Shown: positions 1 through 13,660 of the stretch, piece after piece
How positions within the stretch are numbered: position 1 is the stretch's first letter
Layout: every line of letters starts with the position of its first letter
Assembly (NCBI GenBank): GCA_025603075.1
Contig: MU626325.1
Location: 40,645 to 104,644 of the forward strand
Direction: 5' to 3'
Source: Neoconidiobolus thromboides FSU 785
Taxonomy: Eukaryota; Fungi; Entomophthoromycota
DNA length: 64,000 nt
Translations under genes and position numbers: made by a program
The notes under the pieces: generated by a model
What the model was told of the DNA's origin: nothing
Database searches by the model: none
The model's input: the letters and a program-made list of their open reading frames with translations, nothing else

Positions 1-1129
1 CTTTTATTGGCTAGAATTGACCAATTATTTTAACTTGTCACTAAATTATTTGTAAAAATTCACATACAATCAAATAAAACCTTTTGACAACTTCTGAATC
101 AGAGAACAGAGAAGCTAAGGAAAACTTTAACAAAATAAAATCCTATAAAAAACAAATTCGGAAAAAATAAATGTCTATATAGAATTTCAGCTTTCTATGT
201 TAATACTATTAAATTTGCAATTTGATATGTTAATATTTGCTAAAGAAGCGTGCGATGTACATTATACTTAAACGGTCTGTAGTCATTGGATTACTAAAGC
301 TTGGGTTAAATTTCAGTTCTAACAGAAGGTTGAGAAAAAAGAAGTATGAAAAAATATTATTTTATTTCAAAAAATCCTTGCTTAGATTAAAAGGTTGTTC
401 CAAGGCCCGAGAATCTTGGAAGGAGGAGGAATGAAAAATTAAAAGCAAAGAAGAAAGGAATAAACTAATTAAATGTCTTGAGTTGAAAATATGAAATTTA
501 AGACTTGGGCTAATTTATTTCAAAACTAACTTGTGTATAGCTGCTATTTTTTAAAACTTAAAGTTTAATAAACAAATTTCTAATATAATGTAACAACTCT
601 ATTAACTCATTTTTAAAATAACTTAAGAAAAACAACTGTCCTTTTGGTACATTGATTTCTCCAGTTACTATTATTTTTTTAAAAGCTATTTCCTAAATAA
701 AGATAGATAGTATGCTATCGGCTTAAAATTTGAATTTGCAATTAATCCGATCAAAAGTCTCTTTAATCCATTTTTAAATTTAAAGTGTTTTTAATCTAAT
801 ATCATTTAATAAAGATACATTAATAATACCTTTATATTACTAATATTATTAAAAATACACTATAGGCCTTATATTGATTTTTTACTTAGTTCAATATCGA
901 AGTAAGTTGTCTGTCAGTACTACTTTAAGTGATTCAAACAAAAATAGTCATGGCTCTAGTATGTTAAATCTATAATAAGCTAAGGAATAGTAAAAAAAAT
1001 CCAATTTTATCAGATTCGATGGCTAATCATAATCTTAAACCGAAATAAAGAAGTATAAATAGGCTATTGAATCCAACGTATTTTTTAATTAACTTTCGAA
1101 AACGATTAAATTCACAAGCTTTATTAATA

Positions 1130-1726
1130 ATGGATTTGTATATTAAAGATAAAGAAGAGTACGAGAAATTAAGCTATAAGGAAAGAATGCTCAAAGGATA
1201 CCCATATGTATGGTATGATCCAGAGATAAACGCAGAACAAAAAGTAGCCCAAGAGAAAGTATTTAAATTAAATAATTTACCACCATCAAAAGAAGAAGAA
1301 AAGAAAGAAATAATAAAGTCATTGTTTGGAAAAATAGACACTCAAGAGGCATACGTATGTACTCCTTTCACCTGTGATTTTGGGTATAATATCATTGCTC
1401 ATGGTAGATTACTTTTAAATTTCGGAGTTACTATACTAGATAGTGCTACAGTGGAATTCGGTGATGGTGTTTTGGTGGGTCCAAATGTACAAATTTATAC
1501 TGCTACTCATCCGGTTGAATCGGAATTGAGGAAACAGTTTTTATATGCTAAACCAGTCAAGATTGGTAACAATGTTTGGATTGGCGGTGGTGCTATTATC
1601 CTTCCAGGTGTCACAATTGGCGATGGTTCCACTGTTGCTGCTGGAGCCGTAGTTACTAAAGATGTACCAAAAGATGTTGTTGTTGGTGGTAGTCCGGCTA
1701 AAATTATTAAACATTTAGCCAATTAA
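1130..1726 (+). CDS. Maltose/galactoside O-acetyltransferase (hexapeptide-repeat, Maa-like), copy 1
   Basis: Intronless ORF; first ATG at 1130 (track start is TTG). Motifs [55 protein letters not shown]. Confidence 0.9.
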   Translation: MDLYIKDKEEYEKLSYKERMLKGYPYVWYDPEINAEQKVAQEKVFKLNNLPPSKEEEKKEIIKSLFGKIDTQEAYVCTPFTCDFGYNIIAHGRLLLNFGVTILDSATVEFGDGVLVGPNVQIYTATHPVESELRKQFLYAKPVKIGNNVWIGGGAIILPGVTIGDGSTVAAGAVVTKDVPKDVVVGGSPAKIIKHLAN

Positions 1727-4073
1727 TTGAATGGTCTACAGTTAAAGCTTTAATGTAGATTCAATTAATCATTATTATTGTTATATTGATATTCGTTTAT
1801 TTCAAAACTCAAATAAATTTTACATAAACCGCAAGTTTTAGTTTATTTTTGCCTTAATGTCCTATTAAATATTTCTATAGAATATAAGAACATTTTATCT
1901 ATCTCATTATATCACTATTTTGAAAATAGGCCTTCGTTATGAAATATTTTACATTCAATAAGCATTAAAATTATACTGAAAAAAAAGGGTATAGAAGCTC
2001 TTGATATACTTAATAAAGAAAGCATTTATTGACTACGCAATAATAATCTAAAATTAAACTATTATAACACTTTTCAAAAGTTAGTATAAACTTTTATTTA
2101 TAAAAAGTGGAGTATCGATTTTAAAAACAATTGTGATACTCCATCTAAAAGTGTAGATTAAAGGATTTCAGAAATTGGTTCTATGAGTTCATCGAGTATA
2201 TTTTTTTGTCTATAATAAACTCAGTAAACATCATCAATCTATCAATGGTCAATACTTTTATTTCGCATACGTTTTAAGCTTTTCGAATTCCTTTGAAAGG
2301 AGAACCGGCCAAGTGTTTTATTTGCAACTATCAAAACGTATGCCCTGAGTAGCTAGCTCAAGAGACATGAGCCATCAGTGTAAGGCTTCTGATAGAATGA
2401 AAGTGTGTTCAGTAGGTCCTTATTCCCATAATAAGCAAAGACGAAATAAAGTACATTTTACTTTTGTTCTCCAGATAGCTACTTTTAACTTGTAAGAGTG
2501 ATAGGATTAAAAAAGTAGAAGACTCATACAATAAGGTCAAACTAGAGAGTTGTAAAGCTTTAAGACTTATTCATGTTGCTCTGGGAAGGATCAATGTTTT
2601 GACAATACTTAGAGAGGACTTCATAAGTAAAAACATGTAAGTGAAGATAGGGTTATGTATTAATAGGCGTGGTTAAGATGTCTAATAGTATATGGTCATA
2701 AGAAGAGCGCGGTAGAGCACAAAGTATGTGAATAAGTTATAAAAAACATAGTAAGGATTGTGGTTTAGTTATACAGGTAGCTGATGTTTGATAAAGATGT
2801 TATATACAAATATGACTATGAATGAAATACAGTTTAAGTTTTTGCAAGCTAATAGTATTGTAAACAATAGATGTTGTAACCAAAAAGAGAACATTAGTTT
2901 ATAAAAATTATTACGGGTGTTTTGATTTTGATTATTTGTATTGTTGGCTTTCCTATATTGAGTGTTCCATTAATTGACGTTTTTTATTAAGGTAAAATAT
3001 AGGGCTTACCTATTTTTTTCGAATAAACATTAATATAAATGTTCATTTATTGTTGTTCATTACTTTATTCTAACTTTTAATTTCATATTGATATTTCTAA
3101 GTTTATAAATATTATATTAAGAAATAAACTAAAGTATTTGTTTTAAGCCAAAAATGAATTAAACTGATAAATACATAGCTGATTATCTTAAATTGGAAAT
3201 AAGCAGTGGCGTTTTTTAAAATTGGCTATTTAGCTGGTTGATTTTTTTGAAGTTTGCTGTTTAAAAAATTGATGATTTGATTTGCATTGAGATTTATAAT
3301 GTTAAACTAGAAGATTATTTATAAATAAATGTAATCTAGTATGCTACTATTCTGATTATTATCATTGCTAGTGTATTTTTCATATGTTGGTAATGTTAAA
3401 TTGTAACTAATTAAAAACATTTTAGAATAGTATATAAAGTATATAAAACATACAATTTTGAAATCAAAGAAAGCTAAAATGTTTAAGAATTTTTGTTTTC
3501 ATATTAATAGTAAAAAGCAATTTATCAGTAAACTTATGATAAGTTAAGGAAAAACTGGTTTAAGTCAATTTACAAACTATATTTTATTAAAATGTGGCAA
3601 AAACTATTAATTTAATTTTGGTTTAATTTTATTAAATTTTAAGCCCGGTTTTTATTAAGCTGTCTTCTATTTTCAATTTGAGATGAACCAGTTGTATCAA
3701 AATTAAAACGTAATTAGCCTATTAAAAAAACTAATGAAGTGATAAGTACTACTGTAACAGTTCTATATAATCTGTTTTGTTGGTATATTTAGTGTCATTG
3801 TTTTATTTTAATTTTTTTAAGCCTGATTTAGCTAAATTTAACTAAATACAAAATTGTACAAGAACTAAAACAAGCTGTATTATGTAGCCTAAAAATAATT
3901 TATCAAAAAACCTATTAAAACAATTAAGGAAAAATCATCAATTTTTTTTGATTATTTTCGAAAAGATTCTAAAGTAAAGGTAAGCATCATATTTTAGATA
4001 ACAAATAAAGAATATAATATACATTTATCAGTCTTCACATATTATTTTATTTAACATTAACACTATATTTTAG

Positions 4074-6661
4074 ATGTTTGATCTCGTGTCAAAAACTTCC
4101 CAAGAATCGGAATTCTTTTGTATTAGACCAGGTCATGGACGAGTAGGAACTAGATTAAAAGTAAGAAGTAATTTCTTTGAGATTAAAAGTTTTACCAGAA
4201 ACACTGTGTTCCATTATGATCTTTCCTTTTCTGTGGATGCCCCTCCCAAGCTAGTTAAGAAGTTATATGATGAATTGTTAAGATCCTATGGTCCAAGTCA
4301 TTTTGGAAAGAAGCCCATCTTTGATGGTAGAAGAAATTTATTTTCAGCCGAGCCCTTAACATTTGGGGACTCGACTAGTATGGAGGTAAGATATTTAATA
4401 GATATGGTATTGCTTAATACATTATTTAGATTATTCTTCCTGAAGATAATAAAAATAAAACAAGGGCCCCTCAACCATTTACAGTTTTTATAAAGAAAGT
4501 TAGGATAGTGAAAATGGAAGAACTTCACGAGTATTTGAAAGGAAATACTCCATTAACACCTAATTGTTTAGTAGCAGTCATGGCTTTAGAATTAGCATTC
4601 CGTTACAAGCCATCGACCATGTTTACTACTGTAGGAAGATCTATTTTTACACCAGAAAATTCAAGGGCAATCTATGGAGGTTTGGAGGTTTGGCAAGGGT
4701 ATTTTCAGAGCTGTAAGCCTAGTATTCGAAAAATGCTACTCAATATAGATACAACCGCCACGTGCTTTTATCAACCTATATCATTGGTTGATTTCATAGT
4801 TAAATTATTGGATAGACGTGACCCCAGAGATTTCCAGTATGGCATACAAGAAAGAGATATGCAGAAAATCACTAAAGCCTTAATAGGCCTCGCAATAACT
4901 AGTACCCATAGAGACGCTAAGCGACCATTTAAGATTCAAGGCATCTCTCAATATGCAGCTGACAATGACTATTTTAAAGAAGCAGAATCAGGAAATGAAA
5001 TCTCAGTTGCCCAATATTTCCAAAATAAGTATAGGCTTCGCCTTCATTTTCCATTTTTTCCATGCATAATTGTCAGCAAGAAAGGTAACAAATTACCTTT
5101 AGAGGTTTGCAAAATCATGCCAGGACAAAGATATATGAAAAAGTTAAATGAAAGGCAAACCTCTGATATGATCAAGCTTACTTGCCAGCGACCAAATGAA
5201 AGAGCCAACAAAATTAATGAGAGTATGAAAATTTTGAAACACGATCAAAATGAATTTTTAGATGACTTTAAAATCTCACTTTCAAACGAAATGATCAATC
5301 TTGATGCGCGAGTTTTACCAGGTCCTAGAATTAATTATCATCCTCATAGTAATGAGAATCCAACCCTTACACCAGGTAATGGTTCTTGGAATATGAGGGG
5401 CTTAAAAGTAGTTCAAGGAGCCCAGTTAATTTCTTGGAGTGTTGTAGCCTTTGTCAACCCATATGAAGTTTCTGAAAGAGATATTCAGAGATTTGTTAGA
5501 GAGTTTGTAAGTACTTGTCAAGATACAGGAATGGACATTCCGTCGAAGCACCCTCCTCCAATTGGCTATGTTAATCCTCAAGGCAATATTGAAAATTCAT
5601 TACGTGAAAGGTGGCTTCTCACTGGTAACACATACCAAATGGAGCCCCAGTTAATTCTTTTTATATTGCCTAATACTGGAACCCCATTATATGCTGAGGT
5701 AAAAAGAGTCTGTGATACAGTTATTGGTGTAAGTTCACAATGTGTACAACTAAATTACGTTAAGAAGTGCAATAGACAATACTGTGCCAATGTTTGTCTC
5801 AAAGTGAATGTAAAACTCGGTGGAGTAAATAACTATCTTAGCCCAGAAGATGTGCCATTTGTCTCTTCTGTTCCTACTATAATTGTTGGGGCTGACGTGA
5901 CACATCCTGGCCCAGGTGATGGAGCTCGTCCATCTATTGCTACTTTAGTGGGTTCGGTTGATGCTAAAGTAGCCAGGTACTGTGCATCAGTAAGAGTGCA
6001 AGCAGGTAGGTCAGAGATTATTGCTGATCTTGCTGGTATGTTTGTAGAAATTCTTAGGAATTTTTATAAACAATGTGGACAAAAGCCACGAAGGATCTTG
6101 TTCTACAGAGATGGAATAAGCGATGGACAGTTTGCTTCGGTGCTTAAATCTGAATTAGAAGCAATTAGAACTGCTTGTTCAAGACTTGAGGCTGGTTATT
6201 TGCCAGCAATAACCTTTGTTGTGGTAAAGAAAAGGCATCATGCCCGCTTTTTTCCAATCAACAGTAGAGATGCTGATAGATCAGGTAATCTCCATCCAGG
6301 TACAGTAGTTGATCAAGGTGTCACTCATCCCAAAGAATTTGATTTCTTTTTACAGTCCCATGCTGGTCTTATAGGGACTTCTCGCCCAGCCCATTACTAT
6401 GTCTTGCATGATGAGAATAGGTTTACAAGTGATGGTTTACAAATGCTAACCAATAATCTTTGCTACCTATTCTCTCGTTGCACCAAATCGGTGTCTATCG
6501 TTCCACCAATTTATTATGCTCACTTAGTTGCAGCGAGAGCTCGATTTCACTCCAGATCTGGTGCATGGAGTGATATCGAGTCCGAAGCATCACAAAAAGG
6601 TGACATCTCATCTTATGGGAATGTCAAAAAAAACATTAGCAATCAGATGTATTTTGTTTAA
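4074..6661 (+). CDS. Argonaute (N-PAZ-MID-PIWI), about 847 aa, 2 coding exons
   Basis: Exons 4074-4385 and 4430-6661 join in frame across a 44-bp GT-AG intron. N-terminal RPGHG motif, PAZ (LPLEVC), PIWI with GADVTH, YRDG, HHARFF, YYAHL giving an intact D-E-D-H tetrad. Probable 5'UTR intron ~3980-4073. Confidence 0.95.
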
Positions 6662-6944
6662 TTGTGATCTTTATTGCAATTGTATATAGTTACTGCTATT
6701 TCGAAATGCTATTGTTTAATATTTATTTCCTTTTAAAATTTTGTAGCTTTTAAGTACCATTATCCTAGTTTTTTTATTACTACTTATCCTTGTTTTATTT
6801 CAATTTGCGCTAATAAAGTAAAATTTAAGTATTAATGTTATTTGTTCTTATATTTATATTATTTTAAGTTATAAAATAGAATTTTGTAAATTAATACATA
6901 ATTTTGTCATGATTTTATCTGAGTTGATTATAAACAAGTCTATC

Positions 6945-7400
6945 TTTAGTAACTGATAGCATTTGAGTTTGGTATTTCTTATCAAGTTAATGATGGAAAG
7001 ATTAAGCGTATACATGGTTCTTCATAACCCCACAATGCACTTCAATTAATATATAAATGTTACTAATATCAAACAATAACTTCAAACCAATCTTTAAAAT
7101 ATCAACTCACATCAAATTTATCATCTGAAATACATCTAGTAAAAGTCAAAAAAATGCACATTGAAAAGCAACTTTAAAACTATGTAATTAGTACCAGATG
7201 GAACAAGTGATAGTTACATTTATCATGAATAAATTTGGAATTGCCTTTACACACTCTTTAAACTTTTGTTAATTTGGTGCTATCGAAGCAGTCAATAACC
7301 ATTAAGCAATATTATAGCTGATGCAGAAGCATTGAATAAGTAGTTAATTTTATACTGTCGAAAATTAATATAATAATTCAAGTTATTATTAACTTTTAAA
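6945..7400 (+). mobile_element. Possible highly decayed hAT transposase remnant
   Basis: Broken frames give VTD, H-x-x-LQL and STRWN in hAT-like order and spacing; many stops. Confidence 0.3.
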
Positions 7401-7699
7401 TTATAGAATGGTACATTCAATAAGTTTATCTTAATTTATACAATTTAGAAAGTCCTTCGATATCTATGAGCTCTTAAGTTTGATCTTTTTTAGATACAAA
7501 ATACCTATGATTAATTGTTATTTCTATTTCCACTTTAAGTGCCCTTTATTCCTTTTTCTTTCTTCTCCTATATATTTTAATATACCTCGCCTTTAACATC
7601 TTATTTTTTTTCTAAACTCATCGTCTTTACGTTACCTAATAAAATAGGTGGGACTGTTTTAACAAAATAAAATACTACTTTTAAAAAGATAAAATAAGA

Positions 7700-8300
7700 A
7701 AAAGTATTTTTAAATTCTTATATTTTATTAGAAAATTATCAATATCATTTAATATTCTTGTTCTTCATGTAACTACGGATACTTGATTTGCGTTTAAATT
7801 AAATATTTCCAGCAATATTAATAATCTCTTGAATCTGATTAGTATCATTAAATACGTGAGTTTGAACCAAAACTCACATTCTTGATTCATTTTAAAAATA
7901 AGTAACTATATTTGATATAAATATACCATGACTATAATTTCCAAGTAACATATAACCACAAAGTTGTCTTATACCATGCTTCGAAACAACATCGAAACTA
8001 TTTGCTTACATTTTATAACTATAATTGATTGATTATGACGTTAAACTTTGATAGTAGTATTAGGTAATCCTTTAATTCTTTTAACGCCGTTTAATACTAT
8101 ATATCCTGGATAAATTATACGTAATAGGTGGTCAATAAAGCATCGATGGTTTTAATCTTTACCGCTTCTTCTTAATACAACATTTGCTAAACGTATTACG
8201 TGAGATCGTTAAGCGCCTAATATTGCTCTATTAGGTACACTTTAAAGCCCTGGGTCCATTGTTTCTGTTGTACTAAAGTTATAGGGCTGTATTTAACGTT
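7700..8300 (-). mobile_element. Possible decayed Crypton/tyrosine-recombinase-like remnant
   Basis: Fragments RSGK, RH...C...LFR, WYK, TH, I..AG in plausible order; heavily frameshifted. Confidence 0.2.
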
Positions 8301-8430
8301 TATAGATTAATGAAAACTTTTAAAAGTTCAAACAAAGAATATGAAAAAGAATCAACTTATGGACTTCAGATAGCATTTTCTATGACTTAATATTTTTCAT
8401 GTTTTTCTTAAATATAAAAGTATAAAATAA

Positions 8431-8537
8431 CATTGGGGATGTATTTTTATGTTTAAGAATTTTATTAATAATTTTTCCGCTCAAATAGTGCTTAGAGGAT
8501 GGAAAAAGTAATGAAGCCAAAAAAAACATCCCTATTA
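8431..8537 (+). mobile_element. MITE family A copy 1
   Basis: GGGGATGTATTTT...AAAACATCCCT termini plus the shared asymmetric core. Confidence 0.85.
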
Positions 8538-8562
8538 AAAAAATAATAATTTAATTTATAGA

Positions 8563-8669
8563 ATATGGGAGTGTTTTTTTTGACTTCATTATTTTTTCCA
8601 TTTTTTAAGCGCTATTTGAGTGGAAAATTTGTTGGTAAAATTCTTAAATACAAAAATACATCCCCATAT
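8563..8669 (-). mobile_element. MITE family A copy 2 (inverted relative to copy 1)
   Basis: ATAT flanks on both sides, TIRs, core in reverse orientation. Confidence 0.85.
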
Positions 8670-9720
8670 AATTATTAATTCTCAAGCTTAAGTTGATTTT
8701 TTTTGATTTACTAATTTAAGCATAAGTAGAAATTTTACTTGGAATAATTCCTCACAGATAAATATTATTGCTGTTTTCTTTTTTATAGTAAAAATTATCA
8801 AAAACATACTTTAAATAAATGAATAATGACTTGAATGTCTTCCTATTTCATTATCTATAGTATTTGAATCTACCCAGGTTAAAAATTTGGTTTGATTTGA
8901 TTTACAATAAAACAATAATAAAGTACCTTCGATTTCATCAGTATAATTTCCAAATATAAAATAAAAAGGCTTATTTAATCAACCTTGGATATCATTGGAG
9001 ATATTTAATGTAAATAATTGTTGGTAAATTTTCAGTTTTATGCAGTATGAAAAATGGTCAAAATAATAATATTAAAAGAATCATTACATGTATGGTAGCT
9101 TGATAAATAATATATTGTAATGTTTCGACCATTACTATCTTTTCTATGTTAAAATTTGGTAAAATAATTTTTGTTTATATTTACACTAAGAATGTTAGCA
9201 TCATCTTAAAATGGGTTCCCTAACTGGTAACATTAGCTGACTTAGAGATACCTTCAACTAAACAACCCATCTAAAGCAGAAGCAGCAGTCAATCTTTGAT
9301 TTATAAATGTCGAGTTGTCACAATAAAACATAGATAGAAGAATAACTAAATATAGTTTAATTTCTATCAGCTTTTAAAAAGTTGATCTTCCTTAAGAAAT
9401 TTTTACATCTTAATACACTTTAAATAAAACAACTTTTTGTTGTTGGTAATATTATAGTAATGCTAATTAAAAGTCAAATAACATACTATTTTTTTACTTA
9501 GTTTATGATAACTTAATGTTTGTTTTTTAATAACATTTATTATCATAAATTATTGAATTAAAAGAATAATTTTAAAACAAAATGCTAGACTTACAACATT
9601 AATCAAGTAAAAAAGAATGATTACAAGAATCATATTTGATTAGGAATACAAATGTATCTTTGAAGTTTTCTAAAAAAATGTCTTTTGTTAAGTAGCTAAA
9701 TATTAAACAAAAAACTGCAT

Positions 9721-9849
9721 ATATGTGAGGGCCTCTTTTTTCAATTTTTTTGTTCACATTTCAGTGTGTTTAAAGTTTAATTATTCATCCCTTGAAAAAA
9801 AGAATACTCCAATTTCTAAGATTTTTTAATAAATTAGGTCCTCACATAA
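9721..9849. mobile_element. Candidate second MITE type
   Basis: GTGAGGGCCT...AGGTCCTCAC (9/10 inverted match) flanked by ATAT/ATAA; only one copy seen. Confidence 0.35.
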
Positions 9850-10870
9850 ATAATCTTTTAAATCAAATTTAGGATTTTTTGATAATTATTATCTCAGTAC
9901 TAGAATTAAGCTACTTTTAAAACTAGAAACGTCAAATAGAAGGTGATATTATTAAGAACCATCTACAGTAGTATCGACAAACTCGGATATCAGATAATCA
10001 TTTATTAATTCTCTCTACAATGCCTTAATTTGACTTTGAAAAACCCTGTTACAAAAATAGTTTATTTAATTATTAAAATAGTAATACTTCTTAACTATAT
10101 GATCTTATTCCTATTTAAAACTAAAGTTTTAATTCAGTTGTGTAAGGTGCACAATTAATCATTTTATTCACTAATGCTACATGATATATAGTATTATAAA
10201 ACAGTAAAAGGATATTGAATTTGTTATAATTTAATTATTTTATTTAAATGCTTAAGTATAAATATTTATCAATGTCCATTATTTTATAAGTCGCCATCTA
10301 TAACAATATTACAAAAATACACCACTCTTTTAATATTGTAAAATGAGGTATAGTTAAGTGGTATCATTCATCTTTTAGATATGCTGCTTTTTTTTCTATT
10401 TTGACGAGATCACAATTCTCTATAACTAACTCGTGAGATAAATCATGCGGGTATTAATTTTTTTTAATGAAGAATTTAAAGAATTGATGATGATACTTAT
10501 TAACTTTAATTGTCATAAAATAGAATCTAAAATTAGAGTATAAAATTTTAAAAAAGTTGCAACGTAACGTTAATAAGTTTAGTATAGGGCTTAGACTATC
10601 AAAAAGATCTATTTAGCAATGAATTTTAACCTTATGCCTCTTTTGATCATTCATTACTATCATTAACCTATATCATTTGAACAATAAATAAAATAAAATA
10701 ATTCCTTGAATATTTTTAGTCAGCTAAATAAGCAAATGATTATCAGATGTTAATTGACTACTAATTAGTATCTTTACTTAATAAGCGTAAATGATTATTT
10801 AGTTACCAGTACTAAAATAAAAAAATAAGTATAAATAGCACGAAATAATACCAAACTTCAATATCAAAAA

Positions 10871-12094
10871 ATGAAATTTGATTTATCTTTACTTACTTTA
10901 CTTGCACTTACAGCTCCTGCTATTTCCGAAAAAGTTGATTACACTGGTCATAAACTTTATCGTTTTGATGTGACCAATGATGCCGAACTTGCTACCGTCA
11001 AAGACTTTGTCAAAAACTCCAAAATTGATAATTGGAATGCCTTACGTGTTGGTAAGGTAGATCTTCATTTTACCCCAGAACAAAGTAAACATATCAAAGA
11101 AGCTTTACCATTAAAATATGAGGTGTTAAGTGAAAATATTCAAGAGCTTTTTGAACGAGAAAATGCAACTTCTCGTGCTGCCGGTTTTGTTGATAGTTAT
11201 CATTCTATTAGTGAAATTAATTCTTGGTTAGATACTATTGCTTCTAGTTCCGGCGGTGCTGCCACTGTTTCCTCTATCGGTACTACCTATGAAGGGCGCC
11301 CAATTAAAGCTATTACTTTCCGTAAACCAAATTCTTCACCAAAAAAGAGCATTGTTTACCACGGTGGTATTCATGCTCGTGAATGGATTTCACCAGCTAC
11401 TTTAGTTACCCTAATTGATAGCTTCTCAAAATACAGCTCTGATGCTGAAATTTCTAGTCTTTTAGATACTTTTGAATATACATTTATTCCCGTTGTTAAC
11501 GTTGATGGTTATGAATATACCAGAAATGGAGATCGCTTATGGCGTAAAAATCGTCAACCAAATGGCGGTAATCAATGTATTGGTACGGATACCAATCGTA
11601 ATTGGGGTTATCAATGGCAAGGATCATCGGATGTATGCGGTGAGGCTTATCCAGGACCAAGAGCTTTTTCAGCACCTGAACCAAAAGCAGTAGCTGATTT
11701 TATTACTAGAAAAGGCAATGTAGTTAGTTATATTGATTTCCATTCTTATGGTCAATTGTTTATGTCACCTTATGGCTTTACTTGCAACCAAAATCCAGCG
11801 GATTTTGCTGCTCAAGATGCTGCTGCTAAACAAGCCAATGCTGCTTTAAGAGCGGTTAATGGTCGTAGTTATAAACAAGGTACTATTTGTAAAACTATTT
11901 ATCAAGCTTACGGTTCTTCTGTTGATTGGGCTTATAGTGTTGCTAAAGTTAAATATCCATTTGCTATTGAATTACCCGATACTGGTGCTTATGGCTTTGC
12001 CCTTCCTGCCTCTTATATTCCTTCTACTGGTCAAGAAATTTTAGCTGCTGTTAAATCGCTTGGTAAATATATCAAGGCTAAAGAAGGTCTTTAA
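10871..12094 (+). CDS. Secreted zinc carboxypeptidase (M14A, prepro-enzyme)
   Basis: Signal peptide, propeptide, GIHAREWI, WRKNR, DFHSYGQ, FAIELPD motifs; intronless. Confidence 0.92.
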   Translation: MKFDLSLLTLLALTAPAISEKVDYTGHKLYRFDVTNDAELATVKDFVKNSKIDNWNALRVGKVDLHFTPEQSKHIKEALPLKYEVLSENIQELFERENATSRAAGFVDSYHSISEINSWLDTIASSSGGAATVSSIGTTYEGRPIKAITFRKPNSSPKKSIVYHGGIHAREWISPATLVTLIDSFSKYSSDAEISSLLDTFEYTFIPVVNVDGYEYTRNGDRLWRKNRQPNGGNQCIGTDTNRNWGYQWQGSSDVCGEAYPGPRAFSAPEPKAVADFITRKGNVVSYIDFHSYGQLFMSPYGFTCNQNPADFAAQDAAAKQANAALRAVNGRSYKQGTICKTIYQAYGSSVDWAYSVAKVKYPFAIELPDTGAYGFALPASYIPSTGQEILAAVKSLGKYIKAKEGL

Positions 12095-12168
12095 TTATTA
12101 TTTTGTTTTGACTAATAAATGAAGTTGTATATAATTTATTGAGTTTTAGTAATGTTGATTATTTAACT

Positions 12169-12274
12169 TTATGGTGATGTTTTTTTTTGGCTTCATTCTT
12201 TTTCCATTTTTTAAGCACTCTTTAAGCGGAAATTTTATTAGTAAATTCTTGAACATAAAAATATATCCCCATTT
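12169..12274 (-). mobile_element. MITE family A copy 3
   Basis: TIRs and core; 75 bp after the carboxypeptidase stop. Confidence 0.8.
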
Positions 12275-12435
12275 GTTCACATTTTATAAACCTGGCTAAA
12301 ATAACACTTATTGTAAATATATTATAGTTTAGTTCTACTTCAATAGATATTATAAAAATAAAAGTAATTTCTTTATATCATTCTATCTAATACATTGGTT
12401 AATACTAGTTTTCATTTCCTCTATAGTAAAAAACT

Positions 12436-12539
12436 ATATGGGGATGTTTTTTTAGTTTCGTTACTTTTTCCATTTTTTAAGCGTTATTTGAGCAGAAAAA
12501 TTGTTAGTAAAATTTTTAAGCAAAAAAACATCCCCATAT
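12436..12539 (-). mobile_element. MITE family A copy 4
   Basis: ATAT-GGGGATG...CATCCCC-ATAT. Confidence 0.85.
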
Positions 12540-12909
12540 GAGTAGTTGAGAATAAATTAAGCAATTGAGTTTTAGTATCATAGAAACCATACTAAATAAA
12601 TTAATATATATATTTACTATAACATTGAAACAATAAAATGACTTATTACAAAAGCCTAAGATTATAAAGTATTTACTTAGATTATCTATAAAATATAAAA
12701 ATATATTATAAATCAAAATTAAAACCAATATGTTGTAATTTTTATTACTAATAATTTGCTCACTACCTTTTTCAAATTCATTCTCTCTTTTTTTCCCTCA
12801 TTATTTTTCAACCAATAAAAGTTTTACGATTACCATTTAAAATCTCAAACAAATTTTATCGCTTAGTGACTTAATTTAAATTTTGAAATTTTTTTAAGTA
12901 TTTAAAACA

Positions 12910-13660
12910 ATGAATGCAGGTGGAGCGACCACACGAATTAAGAAAGTAAGCCCGCATAGATTTCAAAAAAAGAATTTGGTTAATTTTTGATCAGGAAATC
13001 CAACGCTTAAATGCGGATCCAGCACCGGGTATTACAGCTACTCCTCATGAAGATAATATTCGTTATTTCGATGTGATTATTGTTGGCCCTAGGCAATCAC
13101 CTTTTGAAGGTAAGTGAAAATAGAACCGAATAAAATTATGGCCTAAAAAGAGCTTTATTAAACGATTGATTTATCATAAATAGATGGAGTGTTCAAATTA
13201 GAATTGTTTTTACCAGAAGGTTACCCAATGGCCCCACCAAAGGTTCGGTTCCTTACTAAAATTTATCATCCTAATATTGATAAATTAGGTAGGATTTGCT
13301 TGGATATATTGAAAGGTAGCTATCCTCTTATATAGTTTTATTATATTTTATCTTGGTCTTTGGTTTTTCGTTTTATTGTTTAGTTGATGTAAATGTGAAT
13401 TAAATAATTTTAAAAAATTAGACCGTTGGTCCCCAGCGTTGCAAATACGTACAGTTTTATTATCCATTCAAGCATTATTGTCAGCACCCAATCCAGATGA
13501 TCCTTTGGCTAACGATGTGGCACAGAAATGGAAAGAGAATGAAAAGGAAGCAATTGAAACAGGTAATTTATATTGATGATTCAAAAGATTAATTTTTAAT
13601 GAGATTTCTTTTTATTAATTAGCTAAAGAATGGACTAAAAAATTTGCTGTTAGTGAATAA
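12910..13660 (+). CDS. UBC13: Ubiquitin-conjugating enzyme E2 N (5 exons)
   Basis: Manually spliced: [17 protein letters not shown]...[91 protein letters not shown].../AKEWTKKF; all GT-AG introns. Confidence 0.92.

Noticed and set aside
237-434. 65-aa ORF, and similar short AT-rich ORFs (13713, 24304, 27686, 31643, 46079, 49703, 50351)
   Set aside because: Non-ATG starts or low-complexity composition, and no recognisable motifs.
1507-1722. Antisense ORFs over the acetyltransferases (also 35321-35540) and other overlapping short ORFs (11472, 11496, 11859, 16439, 29888, 41744)
   Set aside because: They lie within well-supported genes and have no independent motifs.
2108-2143. 9-bp hairpin TGGAGTATC...GATACTCCA as a Helitron end or terminator
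   Set aside because: Single occurrence with no CTRR terminus at the expected distance.
2230-2880. GC-richer patch that might be a LINE/retroelement tail on the minus strand
   Set aside because: Only a faint IW..K and Cys/His resemblance with many stops; not supportable.
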